Assembly (NCBI GenBank): GCA_964530795.1
Contig: CAZHBX010000007.1
Span: forward strand, 95-64,094
Origin: an uncultured Ruminococcus sp.
GTDB lineage: Bacteria; Bacillota; Clostridia; Oscillospirales; CAG-382
Length of the DNA: 64,000 nt
Direction of reading: 5' to 3'
The notes under the pieces were generated by a model that saw only the letters and a program-made list of their open reading frames with translations, ran no database searches and had not been told where the DNA came from. The position numbers were made by a program, and so were the translations under genes. This document shows, piece after piece, positions 1 through 7,456 of the stretch; within the stretch, counting starts at the first letter, position 1; each line of letters starts with the position of its first letter.

Positions 1-18
1 GGTTTGTGTAAAAAGCAT
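1..18 (-). CDS. 5' fragment of a gene running off the window (MLFTQT...)
   Basis: AAGGAGG RBS 8 nt upstream of ATG at 18; only 6 codons visible. Confidence 0.55.
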
Positions 19-61
19 AGGGCATCCCTCCTTGTCTTTTGAAGAAATTTCTTGGGAAAAC

Positions 62-111
62 AAAAAAGCCAACCGTTTCGGACGTTTTCATGCGCCGTAA
101 AAACGATTGGC
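62..111 (-). terminator. Intrinsic terminator/attenuator in the leader of the gene starting at 18
   Basis: GCCAATCGTTT...AAACGGTTGGC stem followed by T6 on the minus strand. Confidence 0.55.
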
Positions 112-260
112 GTAATAAAGGGAAAACGGCAGCCGATTTTTCTTACGGTCTGCCGGCATAGTGGCTTGTATTCTTTTTACGAGAGTTCATGTCCCCCAGC
201 AAGGGCGATTTTGACCGATTTCATCCATCAAATCAACCTATCCTTTTTTGCGTCTGAAAA

Positions 261-294
261 CGCAAAAAACCCCGATCAAATCGGGGTTTTTGCG
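261..294. terminator. Intrinsic terminator downstream of the tRNA pair
   Basis: AAAAACCCCGAT-CAA-ATCGGGGTTTTT inverted repeat with A/T tails. Confidence 0.75.
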
Positions 295-320
295 GGTGCA
301 TCTTTTTTATGCAACCTTTC

Positions 321-405
321 TGGTGGGAGAAGGTGGATTCGAACCACCGAAGGCGATGCCAGCAGATTTACAGTCTGTCCCCTTTGGCCACTCGGGAATT
401 CTCCC
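321..405 (-). tRNA. tRNA-Tyr (GTA)
   Basis: GGGAGAA acceptor stem, CT-GTA-AA anticodon loop, long variable arm, GGTTCGAATCC T-arm, encoded CCA. Confidence 0.97.
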
Positions 406-411
406 ATATTT

Positions 412-486
412 TGGAGCTGGTGAAGGGAGTCGAACCCCCAACCTGCTGATTACAAATCAGCTGCTCTGCCATTGAGCCACACCAGC
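412..486 (-). tRNA. tRNA-Thr (TGT)
   Basis: GCTGGTG acceptor stem, TT-TGT-AA anticodon loop, GGTTCGACTCC T-arm, encoded CCA. Confidence 0.97.
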
Positions 487-510
487 AAGCCACACCAGCA
501 AGCCACACCA
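476..510. repeat. 13-bp tandem repeat (GCCACACCAGCAA x2.7) overlapping the tRNA-Thr 5' end
   Basis: Units at 476-488 and 489-501, partial unit at 502-510. Confidence 0.9.
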
Positions 511-522
511 TCAGCGTGGAAC

Positions 523-551
523 AGTATACCACACTTTTTGCTTTTTGTCAA
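523..551 (-). promoter_or_regulatory. Sigma-A promoter of the tRNA-Thr/Tyr operon
   Basis: TTGACA-17-TATACT with TG extended -10. Confidence 0.85.
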
Positions 552-572
552 GGGCTTTTTGAACTTTTTTAT

Positions 573-604
573 GGGACGTTGTTTTGAAGGGACGTTGTCT
601 TGAA
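573..604. repeat. 16-bp direct repeat GGGACGTTGTYTTGAA x2
   Basis: 573-588 and 589-604, one mismatch. Confidence 0.8.
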
Positions 605-617
605 CTTTTCCGGGCGT

Positions 618-671
618 AAAGACCGACCGTCGACAGCTCGCGGGGAGTGCAAACCGCCGACGGTCTTTTTT
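618..671 (-). terminator. Hairpin/terminator after the ROK gene
   Basis: GACCGTCG...CGACGGTC inverted repeat just past the stop codon. Confidence 0.5.
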
Positions 672-677
672 ACGCAT

Positions 678-2066
678 TTACCTGATTTCCGGCAGGGAAG
701 CGGCGGCGACGGACTGACCGACGCGGCGGCTGGATTCGTCCGGAATGTGCAGCTTGCAGGTCCTCGCAAGCTCCGGGAATTCCGTGTCAAGCACTTCCTG
801 CGCACGGGCGAGCAGAATTTCCCCGCCCTTGCCGGAGGTCACGCGGCCCATGATCAGCACGTGCTTCATCTGGTAGAACTCCGCATAGAAGCCGATCGCG
901 TAGCCGAAGTAGCAGCCGATCGTGTCGTAGATCTTCGCGGCACGCTCATCGCCCTCCGCCATCAGCTTCTGGACGACCTTCAGTTTTTCCGCCGGGGTCA
1001 TTGACGGGTCAAGCTCGATTCCCGCGGCGGGAGCGAGCTTGATGACGCCGTCCTGCGAAAAGTATTTGACCCCGCAGCCGTAGTCGCCCGACCACTCATC
1101 GACCATAGCGTCCTTGCAGAAGTCCACCGGCACGAACGCCAGCTCATTGAGCCAGCCGGTGATGTTGCCGTCCGGATCGACATAGCCACCCGCCTCGGAC
1201 GTGCCCATCGCGACGCCCAGCACCGAGTCGTCGTTGAGGTCCATTGCGCCCGCGAGCGCCGTCACGTCGCCGTCGTTGGCGACCTCGATCGGAATCTTAT
1301 GTCCGAGCTCGGCACTCAGCTTCTTGGCGACGTCCATATACATGGTTTTGACACGCTTCTCGAAGTCCTCCGGGGAAACCTTCAGGAACAGCGACGCAAC
1401 CATAATCTTGTTGTCGATATATACACCGGCGGAAGAAACGCCGATCGCGTCGACCCGGGGCATATGTTCCGCGGCGGTCTTCATCGCCGTGTAGATGCCG
1501 TCGAAATGGTACTGCGGGTCCGGGTTAACCTTCGGCAGCCAGACGACTTCCTCGGAATACACCGATTCGCCGTTGACGACCGCGGACACCTTGCGGTCGG
1601 AACCGCCCGCGTCAAACCCGATGCGGCAGCCGTCGAGATGACGGCCGATCGGGGACGCCGTGCTGACATCCTTCGGTGCCTTCTCCAGCGGAACGGATAG
1701 CACTTCAAACTTGGTTTCGTACACGTTTTCCATGAAGTGCAGGTCGAAATCGCGGTAGCCGCCGTTGACGTACGCCTGCTGGATGCGTTTCGCGACCGTC
1801 TCGGAGCCGGCGATGGTGATGCGGAAGCCGCCCGCCACCCACAGCATGGACTTTACGATACGCTCGACGAACGCGTAGTTTTCCTCGTCGTGTCCGGTCC
1901 CGTCCGGGAAGATGCGGGTCTTGTAGGTCGTGATCGCGCCCTTGTTGCGCTCGATGGCGATAACGATGTTCTGCCCGTTTTCCTTGGTCTTTTCGCGCAT
2001 TTCGCGAACCTTGAGCGCCATCGGTTCGAATTGCGGGTCTAAAATGGCCTTGACCTTAAGCTCCAT
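678..2066 (-). CDS. ROK family sugar kinase-like protein
   Basis: IGFDAGGSDRK, VANDGDVTALA, GTSEAGG and NELAF motifs; start moved to ATG 2066 (GGAGGG RBS). Confidence 0.8.
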   Translation of the reverse strand: MELKVKAILDPQFEPMALKVREMREKTKENGQNIVIAIERNKGAITTYKTRIFPDGTGHDEENYAFVERIVKSMLWVAGGFRITIAGSETVAKRIQQAYVNGGYRDFDLHFMENVYETKFEVLSVPLEKAPKDVSTASPIGRHLDGCRIGFDAGGSDRKVSAVVNGESVYSEEVVWLPKVNPDPQYHFDGIYTAMKTAAEHMPRVDAIGVSSAGVYIDNKIMVASLFLKVSPEDFEKRVKTMYMDVAKKLSAELGHKIPIEVANDGDVTALAGAMDLNDDSVLGVAMGTSEAGGYVDPDGNITGWLNELAFVPVDFCKDAMVDEWSGDYGCGVKYFSQDGVIKLAPAAGIELDPSMTPAEKLKVVQKLMAEGDERAAKIYDTIGCYFGYAIGFYAEFYQMKHVLIMGRVTSGKGGEILLARAQEVLDTEFPELARTCKLHIPDESSRRVGQSVAAASLPEIR

Positions 2067-3189
2067 AACGTACTGTCCCTCCGATGATGGTTTTTTCCAC
2101 GTTGAATTCCGCGTCTGTGATGATGATGTCCGCGTCCTTGCCAACCTCCAGCGAGCCCTTGCACTTGTCTACGCCGATGGTCTTCGCCGGGTGCAGCGAC
2201 GCGCAGTTGACGCACTCGTAGAGCGGGATGTCACTGTGCGTATAGACGTTCCAGACGCCCTTGTTGAGCTTCAGCACCGATCCGGCGATGGTCCCGTCCG
2301 GCAGGCGGCACTCAATGCCCTTGGAGATGAATTTCTGTCCGCCGAGCGTGTATTCGCCCTCCGGCAGCCCGCCGGCGGGGAGGCAGTCAGTGATGAAGCA
2401 GAGCCGGTCACCCTTGATTTTGTGTACGATCGAGTAGAGCGCCGGGTTGACGTGGAAGGTGTCCACGATCAGTTCGGTTGTCACGTCTGAATTGAGCGCG
2501 GCGCCGACGACGCCGGGGTTGCGGTGCGCGAGCGCAGACATGGCGTTAAAAAGGTGGGTCGCATGGCGCACGCCGACGGTGGTCGCCGCCATGGCGGTGT
2601 TGTAGTCCGCGTCCGTGTGGCCCATGGAGATAACGACGTCGGTGTCCCGGCGGATCTCCTTGATCGCAGCGAAATCCTCGTCCATTTCCGGGGCGAGGGA
2701 GATGATCCTGATGATGTCCGCATACGCCTTGACGAACTTCGCGTCCGGCTTAAGGATATATTCCTCTGCCTGCGCGCCCTTCTTCTTCGGGTTGATGAAC
2801 GGACCTTCCGCGTGAACGCCGAGGATGGTCGTGCCGTTCCAAGTCTTGCTTTCCTTCTGGAGCGAACGGCAGACCTCGAGTGCCTTGACGATGACCTTCT
2901 TGTCCACCGTCATGGTCGTCGGCAGAAAGCCGGTCACGCCGTTCTGCACAATGCCGCCAGCGATGGTGCGGATGCTCTCCGGTTCGCCGTCGCAGACGTC
3001 TTTGCCGAGGTAACCGTGGATGTGCAGGTCGATCAGGCCCGGGGCAACATACTTGCCGCTCGCGTCGATGATTTCAGCGTCCTCCGGAACGACGTCTGAA
3101 ATGCCTTCGATGACGTCCGTATACAGCAGTGCCTTTCCTTCGACGATGCGGTCCTTGAGAATGATTTTTCCGTTTACAATCGCTTTCAT
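2056..3189 (-). CDS. nagA: N-acetylglucosamine-6-phosphate deacetylase
   Basis: PGLIDLHIHG, HAEGPF, GHTDA, THLFNAM and TIAGS motifs. Confidence 0.93.
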   Translation of the reverse strand: MKAIVNGKIILKDRIVEGKALLYTDVIEGISDVVPEDAEIIDASGKYVAPGLIDLHIHGYLGKDVCDGEPESIRTIAGGIVQNGVTGFLPTTMTVDKKVIVKALEVCRSLQKESKTWNGTTILGVHAEGPFINPKKKGAQAEEYILKPDAKFVKAYADIIRIISLAPEMDEDFAAIKEIRRDTDVVISMGHTDADYNTAMAATTVGVRHATHLFNAMSALAHRNPGVVGAALNSDVTTELIVDTFHVNPALYSIVHKIKGDRLCFITDCLPAGGLPEGEYTLGGQKFISKGIECRLPDGTIAGSVLKLNKGVWNVYTHSDIPLYECVNCASLHPAKTIGVDKCKGSLEVGKDADIIITDAEFNVEKTIIGGTVRYGA

Positions 3190-3269
3190 GTCTTTTCCTC
3201 TTGTCTATGTAAATTTCTTTGCTTCCTTAACATGGCGCCTGTCGGGAAATGAAGGGGTTTCCGCCTTCC

Positions 3270-3926
3270 CTATTTTTCCGTCAGCTTTCGAACCGCTTTC
3301 ACATCCCCGGCGACCACGACAAACGTGTCCGGAAAAAACTGGATGCGGGGATCGGAGGTCAGCAGGAATCGGTCTGTGCCGGGCTTGCTGTAGGCGATGA
3401 CGTTGACGTTCCAATTTTTGCGGATGTCCAGTTCCAGCGGGCTCTTGCCGACCCAGTTTTTCGGCACCGGCAGTTCGCAGATGACGAGGTCGTCGCTCAG
3501 TTTGAAGTAATCCAGCGCGTCCCGCACCGTGACCGTCTGCGCCAGACGGCGGCCGGCGTCCCGCTCCGGAAAAATGATGCGGTCCGCGCCCAGTTTGCGC
3601 AGCAACTTTTCGTGCCGCTCCGAGGACGCCCGGGCGATGATATTCGGGATGCCCATCTCCTTGAGGCTGAGCGTGATCATCGCGCTGCTTTCGATGCTGC
3701 TTTCCAGACAGACGATGCAGCACTCGCAGTCTCGCACGTTCGCGTTCCGCAGGACCTCGTCGTCCGTCGCGTCGCCGCAGACCGGGTCAAACACCTCCCG
3801 GCTGATGCGGTCGACCCGTTCCCGGTCGCAGTCGATGACCACCACCCGCTTGCGGCTGGCCGCAAGCGTCCGCGCGACGTTCGTACCGAAGTTGCCAAGC
3901 CCAATGACACAGTAGGTTTTTTCCAT
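3270..3926 (-). CDS. trkA: TrkA/KtrA potassium-uptake regulatory (RCK) subunit
   Basis: VIGLGNFG Rossmann motif, GDATD, LGADRIIFPE, C-terminal RCK_C domain. Confidence 0.9.
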   Translation of the reverse strand: MEKTYCVIGLGNFGTNVARTLAASRKRVVVIDCDRERVDRISREVFDPVCGDATDDEVLRNANVRDCECCIVCLESSIESSAMITLSLKEMGIPNIIARASSERHEKLLRKLGADRIIFPERDAGRRLAQTVTVRDALDYFKLSDDLVICELPVPKNWVGKSPLELDIRKNWNVNVIAYSKPGTDRFLLTSDPRIQFFPDTFVVVAGDVKAVRKLTEK

Positions 3927-4145
3927 GTGGATTTCCCCTTTCTCCTTCTTTCAAATCCCGGAAGATTTTCATAACTATCCGCGAAGCGGTTCGGAAAAAG
4001 ATCCTGTAATCCGTCTCCCTGCTACAGGCGAAAGGGAGAACGGGAAGGGCGGCAGGAGCGCTAGCAAGGCGCGATATGCGGAAAACGCGGCCGGTTTGCT
4101 CTTTTCCATAAGCCGATCCTTCGATGTTCAAAATTTCCTGCTTAC

Positions 4146-4174
4146 AGTATAACGCATTCTGCTCGGAAAATCAA
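4146..4174 (-). promoter_or_regulatory. Sigma-A promoter upstream of trkA
   Basis: TTGATT-17-TATACT. Confidence 0.6.
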
Positions 4175-4236
4175 GTAAAATTTGGCATTTCCCCGCACTT
4201 TTTTCCGCCGGGAACAAAATTTTTGCGTCCTGCTTC

Positions 4237-4265
4237 TTGACGGAAGCGGATTCATATGCTATAAT
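4237..4265 (+). promoter_or_regulatory. Sigma-A promoter of the ruvCAB operon
   Basis: TTGACG-17-TATAAT with TG extended -10. Confidence 0.85.
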
Positions 4266-4322
4266 ACTACAATGCAGCTTAAAAGGGGGGAGTTTTCCCC
4301 GCGTGCATACGGGAGGGATCGC

Positions 4323-4814
4323 ATGGTCATTCTCGGAATCGACCCGGGCGTCGCCACCGTCGGGTACGGCGTTGTGGATTGCCGGGGAGATCAGTTTCGC
4401 TGTCTGGAATACGGCTGCATCACCACGGCCGCCCACCAGCTGCTTGAGCATCGGCTCTCGGAGATCTTCGCGGGGATGAAGGATCTCATTGACCGCCACC
4501 GCCCCGACTGCGTTTCTGTGGAGGAACTGTTCTTTAATAATAACCAGAAAACCGCCGTGGACGTGGCGCAGGCCCGCGGGGTGATCCTGCTGGCGGCCGA
4601 CCAGTGCGGACTTCCAATCTATGAGTATACCCCGCTACAGGTCAAGAGTGCCATTGTTGGCTACGGGCGTGCGGAAAAGCAGCAGGTCATGTACATGGTC
4701 CGGCAGTACCTGCACTTGCGGGAAACGCCCCGCCCTGACGACGCGGCGGACGCCATCGCCATCGCGCTCTGCCATGGTAACAGCGTCCTGCACCGCTTCA
4801 CGCCGCAAGAATGA
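4323..4814 (+). CDS. ruvC: Holliday junction resolvase
   Basis: ILGIDPG, VSVEELFF, EYTPLQVK and PDDAADA motifs; start moved to ATG 4323. Confidence 0.95.
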   Translation: MVILGIDPGVATVGYGVVDCRGDQFRCLEYGCITTAAHQLLEHRLSEIFAGMKDLIDRHRPDCVSVEELFFNNNQKTAVDVAQARGVILLAADQCGLPIYEYTPLQVKSAIVGYGRAEKQQVMYMVRQYLHLRETPRPDDAADAIAIALCHGNSVLHRFTPQE

Positions 4815-4837
4815 TAAGGAAGGGACACGAAACCGGT

Positions 4838-5431
4838 ATGTTTTACTATCTGCGTGGGATTTTGACCGTGCTGCGGCAGGGGTTCGCGGTTCTTGAATGC
4901 GGCGGGGTCGGCTTCCGGCTGGCGATTTCCGCGTCGACTTTCGCGTCGCTTTCCGCGTCGCTCGGCAAGGAAGCGCTGCTGTATACTTACCTTTCCGTCC
5001 GCGAAAACGCCATGGAACTTTGCGGGTTCGCGTCGGAGGAGGAGTTAGAGCTGTTCGAGAAGCTAATCGATATTTCCGGCATCGGCCTGAAGGCCGCTTT
5101 GTCTATCCTCGGCGTACTCACGCCGGCGGAGCTGATCCGCGTCTGCGCCGACGGGGATTACAAGGCGCTGGCCCGCGCGCCGGGGGTCGGGATGAAGACG
5201 GCGCAGAGGGTGGTGCTGGAGCTGAAGGGACGTCTACCCGACCTGCCGCAGGGTGCGTCCGGGGCGTCCGGTCCGTCCGGCGGGAGCGCGCTTTCGCAGA
5301 TCATGGACACCTTGCTGCTGTACGGGTTCTCCCGAGAGGAGATTCAAAGCGCCGTGCGCGGAATGGATATGAACCGTCCGATCGAGGAGCTCATCGCGGA
5401 TACGCTGCGGTTGCTCGCGTCGAAACGGTAA
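4838..5431 (+). CDS. ruvA: Holliday junction DNA-binding protein
   Basis: GGVGF, ISGIGLK and PGVGMKTAQR HhH motifs; lies between ruvC and ruvB. Confidence 0.93.
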   Translation: MFYYLRGILTVLRQGFAVLECGGVGFRLAISASTFASLSASLGKEALLYTYLSVRENAMELCGFASEEELELFEKLIDISGIGLKAALSILGVLTPAELIRVCADGDYKALARAPGVGMKTAQRVVLELKGRLPDLPQGASGASGPSGGSALSQIMDTLLLYGFSREEIQSAVRGMDMNRPIEELIADTLRLLASKR

Positions 5432-5463
5432 AACGGTAAGCGAAACGGGAAAGGAGGGCTTTC

Positions 5464-6567
5464 ATGCCGATCAATACCAAGGTTCCGGAGTACAGGGACG
5501 GCGACTTCGACTTTGAAAGCCGCTATACCGCCGCCGAATACACGCTGGAGGACACCGAAACCGAGCTGTCCCTCCGTCCGAGGACGCTTGACGAGTACGT
5601 CGGGCAGGAAAAGATCAAGAGCAACCTGCGAATCTATATCGAAGCGGCCGCCGCGCGGCACGAGGCGCTCGACCACGTGCTGCTGTTCGGGCCGCCGGGG
5701 CTCGGAAAGACCACGCTTTCCTTCCTTGTCGCGTCGGAGCTCGGGGTTAACCTCAAGGTTACATCCGGACCCGCCATCGCTAAGGCCGGCGACCTCGCCG
5801 CGCTGCTGACAACGCTCGAGCGCAACGATATTCTCTTTATCGACGAGATCCACCGCCTGCCCAAGCAGGTCGAGGAAGTTTTGTACCCCGCCATGGAGGA
5901 TTTCTGCCTGGATCTGATGATGGGAAAGGGGCCGTCCGCCCGTTCCATTCGCATTCCGCTCAAGCCGTTCACGCTTATCGGCGCAACCACCCGCGCCGGG
6001 CAGCTGTCCGCGCCGCTGCGCGACCGGTTTGGGATGTCCTTCCGGCTGGAGATGTATCCGCCGGAGGACCTTGCCCGCATCGTCACCCGCTCCGCCGGGC
6101 TGCTCGAAACGTCCATCACGCCGGACGGGGCCCTCGAAATTGCCAAGCGCTCCCGCGGGACGCCGCGAATCGCTAACCGCTGGCTCAAGCGGGTGCGGGA
6201 TTTCGCCATTGTCAAGGGGGACGGTACCGTGACCGAGGAGATCGCCGACCTTGCGCTCCGCGCGATGGAGATCGACGAGCTCGGGCTGGATTCGGTTGAC
6301 CGCAAGATGCTCGACGCGATCATTCGACATTTCGGCGGCGGACCCGTCGGGCTCGAGACGCTTGCCGCTGTCACGGGGGAAGCCGCTGTCACGATTGAGG
6401 ACGTCTACGAGCCGTACCTGATGCAGCTCGGCTTCCTCAACCGCACGCCGCGCGGGCGGATGGCGACCGCCGGGGCGTACCGGCACATGGGGGTCACCCC
6501 GCCGGACGATCTGACGGGCGACGTACCTGGCGGGCAGCAGCTGATGGATACCGGAGAGGACGGGTAA
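5464..6567 (+). CDS. ruvB: Holliday junction branch-migration helicase
   Basis: [27 protein letters not shown] and RGTPR motifs. Confidence 0.97.
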   Translation: MPINTKVPEYRDGDFDFESRYTAAEYTLEDTETELSLRPRTLDEYVGQEKIKSNLRIYIEAAAARHEALDHVLLFGPPGLGKTTLSFLVASELGVNLKVTSGPAIAKAGDLAALLTTLERNDILFIDEIHRLPKQVEEVLYPAMEDFCLDLMMGKGPSARSIRIPLKPFTLIGATTRAGQLSAPLRDRFGMSFRLEMYPPEDLARIVTRSAGLLETSITPDGALEIAKRSRGTPRIANRWLKRVRDFAIVKGDGTVTEEIADLALRAMEIDELGLDSVDRKMLDAIIRHFGGGPVGLETLAAVTGEAAVTIEDVYEPYLMQLGFLNRTPRGRMATAGAYRHMGVTPPDDLTGDVPGGQQLMDTGEDG

Positions 6568-6570
6568 AGG

Positions 6571-7437
6571 ATGTTTGTCGCGGACCGCTGGCGGGAGTAC
6601 GCGCTGCTTGACGCCGCGAACGGGGAACGGCTGGAGAGGTGGGGGAAGTACCTCCTCGTTCGCCCGGACCCGCAGGTGATCTGGCGCGGGGAGAAGCGCC
6701 GGCCGGAATGGGCAAAGGCGGACGGGATTTACCGCAGGAGCCGCGAAGGCGGCGGGCAGTGGATCAAGAAGAACCTGCCGGAGGAATGGACCGTTTCCTA
6801 CGGGGAACTGCGTTTCCTGCTTTCCCCGATGGGGTTTAAGCACACCGGACTGTTTCCGGAGCAGGCGGCGAACTGGGATTGGTTTTCCGACCTCATCCGG
6901 TCCTGCTCGCGGGAAGTGAGGCTGTTAAACCTGTTCGCCTATACCGGCGGCGCGACGGTCGCCGCGGCGAAGGCGGGAGCGTTCGTCTGCCACGTCGACG
7001 CGTCAAAGGGCATGGTCGCCCGGGCCAAGCAGAACGCGACTCTTTCCGGTATCCCCGGGAACCGCATACGGTACATCGTTGATGACTGTGCCAAGTTTGT
7101 CGCCCGGGAATACCGCCGGGGGAACCGCTATGACGCGATTATCCTCGATCCGCCGTCCTTCGGCCGTGGTCCGAATGGGGAACGCTGGGTCATCGAGGAA
7201 GGGCTGGACGAACTGCTTGGGCTGGTTTGCAGCGTGCTTTCGGAGAAGCCGCTGTTCGTCCTGCTCAATTCCTATACGACCGGGCTGTCCCCCGCGACCA
7301 ACGGCTACCTGCTCGCCCGCCACCTAAGGCGCTTCGGTGGGTATCTGGAGAGCGGGGAACTGGGCCTGCCAGTCGTCGAGAGCGGCCTTCCGCTCCCCTG
7401 CGGCGCTTCGAGCCGCTGGGTATGCGGCGAAACCTGA
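6571..7437 (+). CDS. Class I SAM-dependent methyltransferase (RlmI/RlmK-like)
   Basis: HTGLFPEQ, LNLFAYTGG and ILDPPSF motifs. Confidence 0.85.
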   Translation: MFVADRWREYALLDAANGERLERWGKYLLVRPDPQVIWRGEKRRPEWAKADGIYRRSREGGGQWIKKNLPEEWTVSYGELRFLLSPMGFKHTGLFPEQAANWDWFSDLIRSCSREVRLLNLFAYTGGATVAAAKAGAFVCHVDASKGMVARAKQNATLSGIPGNRIRYIVDDCAKFVAREYRRGNRYDAIILDPPSFGRGPNGERWVIEEGLDELLGLVCSVLSEKPLFVLLNSYTTGLSPATNGYLLARHLRRFGGYLESGELGLPVVESGLPLPCGASSRWVCGET

Positions 7438-7456
7438 AGGTGAAGAAAGAGAAAGC

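Noticed and set aside
321-405. tRNA-Tyr 3' end as an island attachment site
   Set aside because: No integrase and no duplicate of the tRNA 3' end noticed in the window; the sequence beyond position 1 is unseen.
248-475. ORF-track peptides over the tRNAs
   Set aside because: Antisense translations of tRNA genes.
476-604. Short repeats considered as a CRISPR array
   Set aside because: Units are 13-16 bp, directly abutting, with no spacers and no cas genes.
3930-4145. c-di-AMP (ydaO) riboswitch ahead of trkA
   Set aside because: The conserved ydaO sequence blocks are not visible.
4212-4223. GAAC-AAAA-TTTT as an SOS (LexA) box upstream of ruvC
   Set aside because: Two mismatches in the right half-site and outside the core promoter; too weak.
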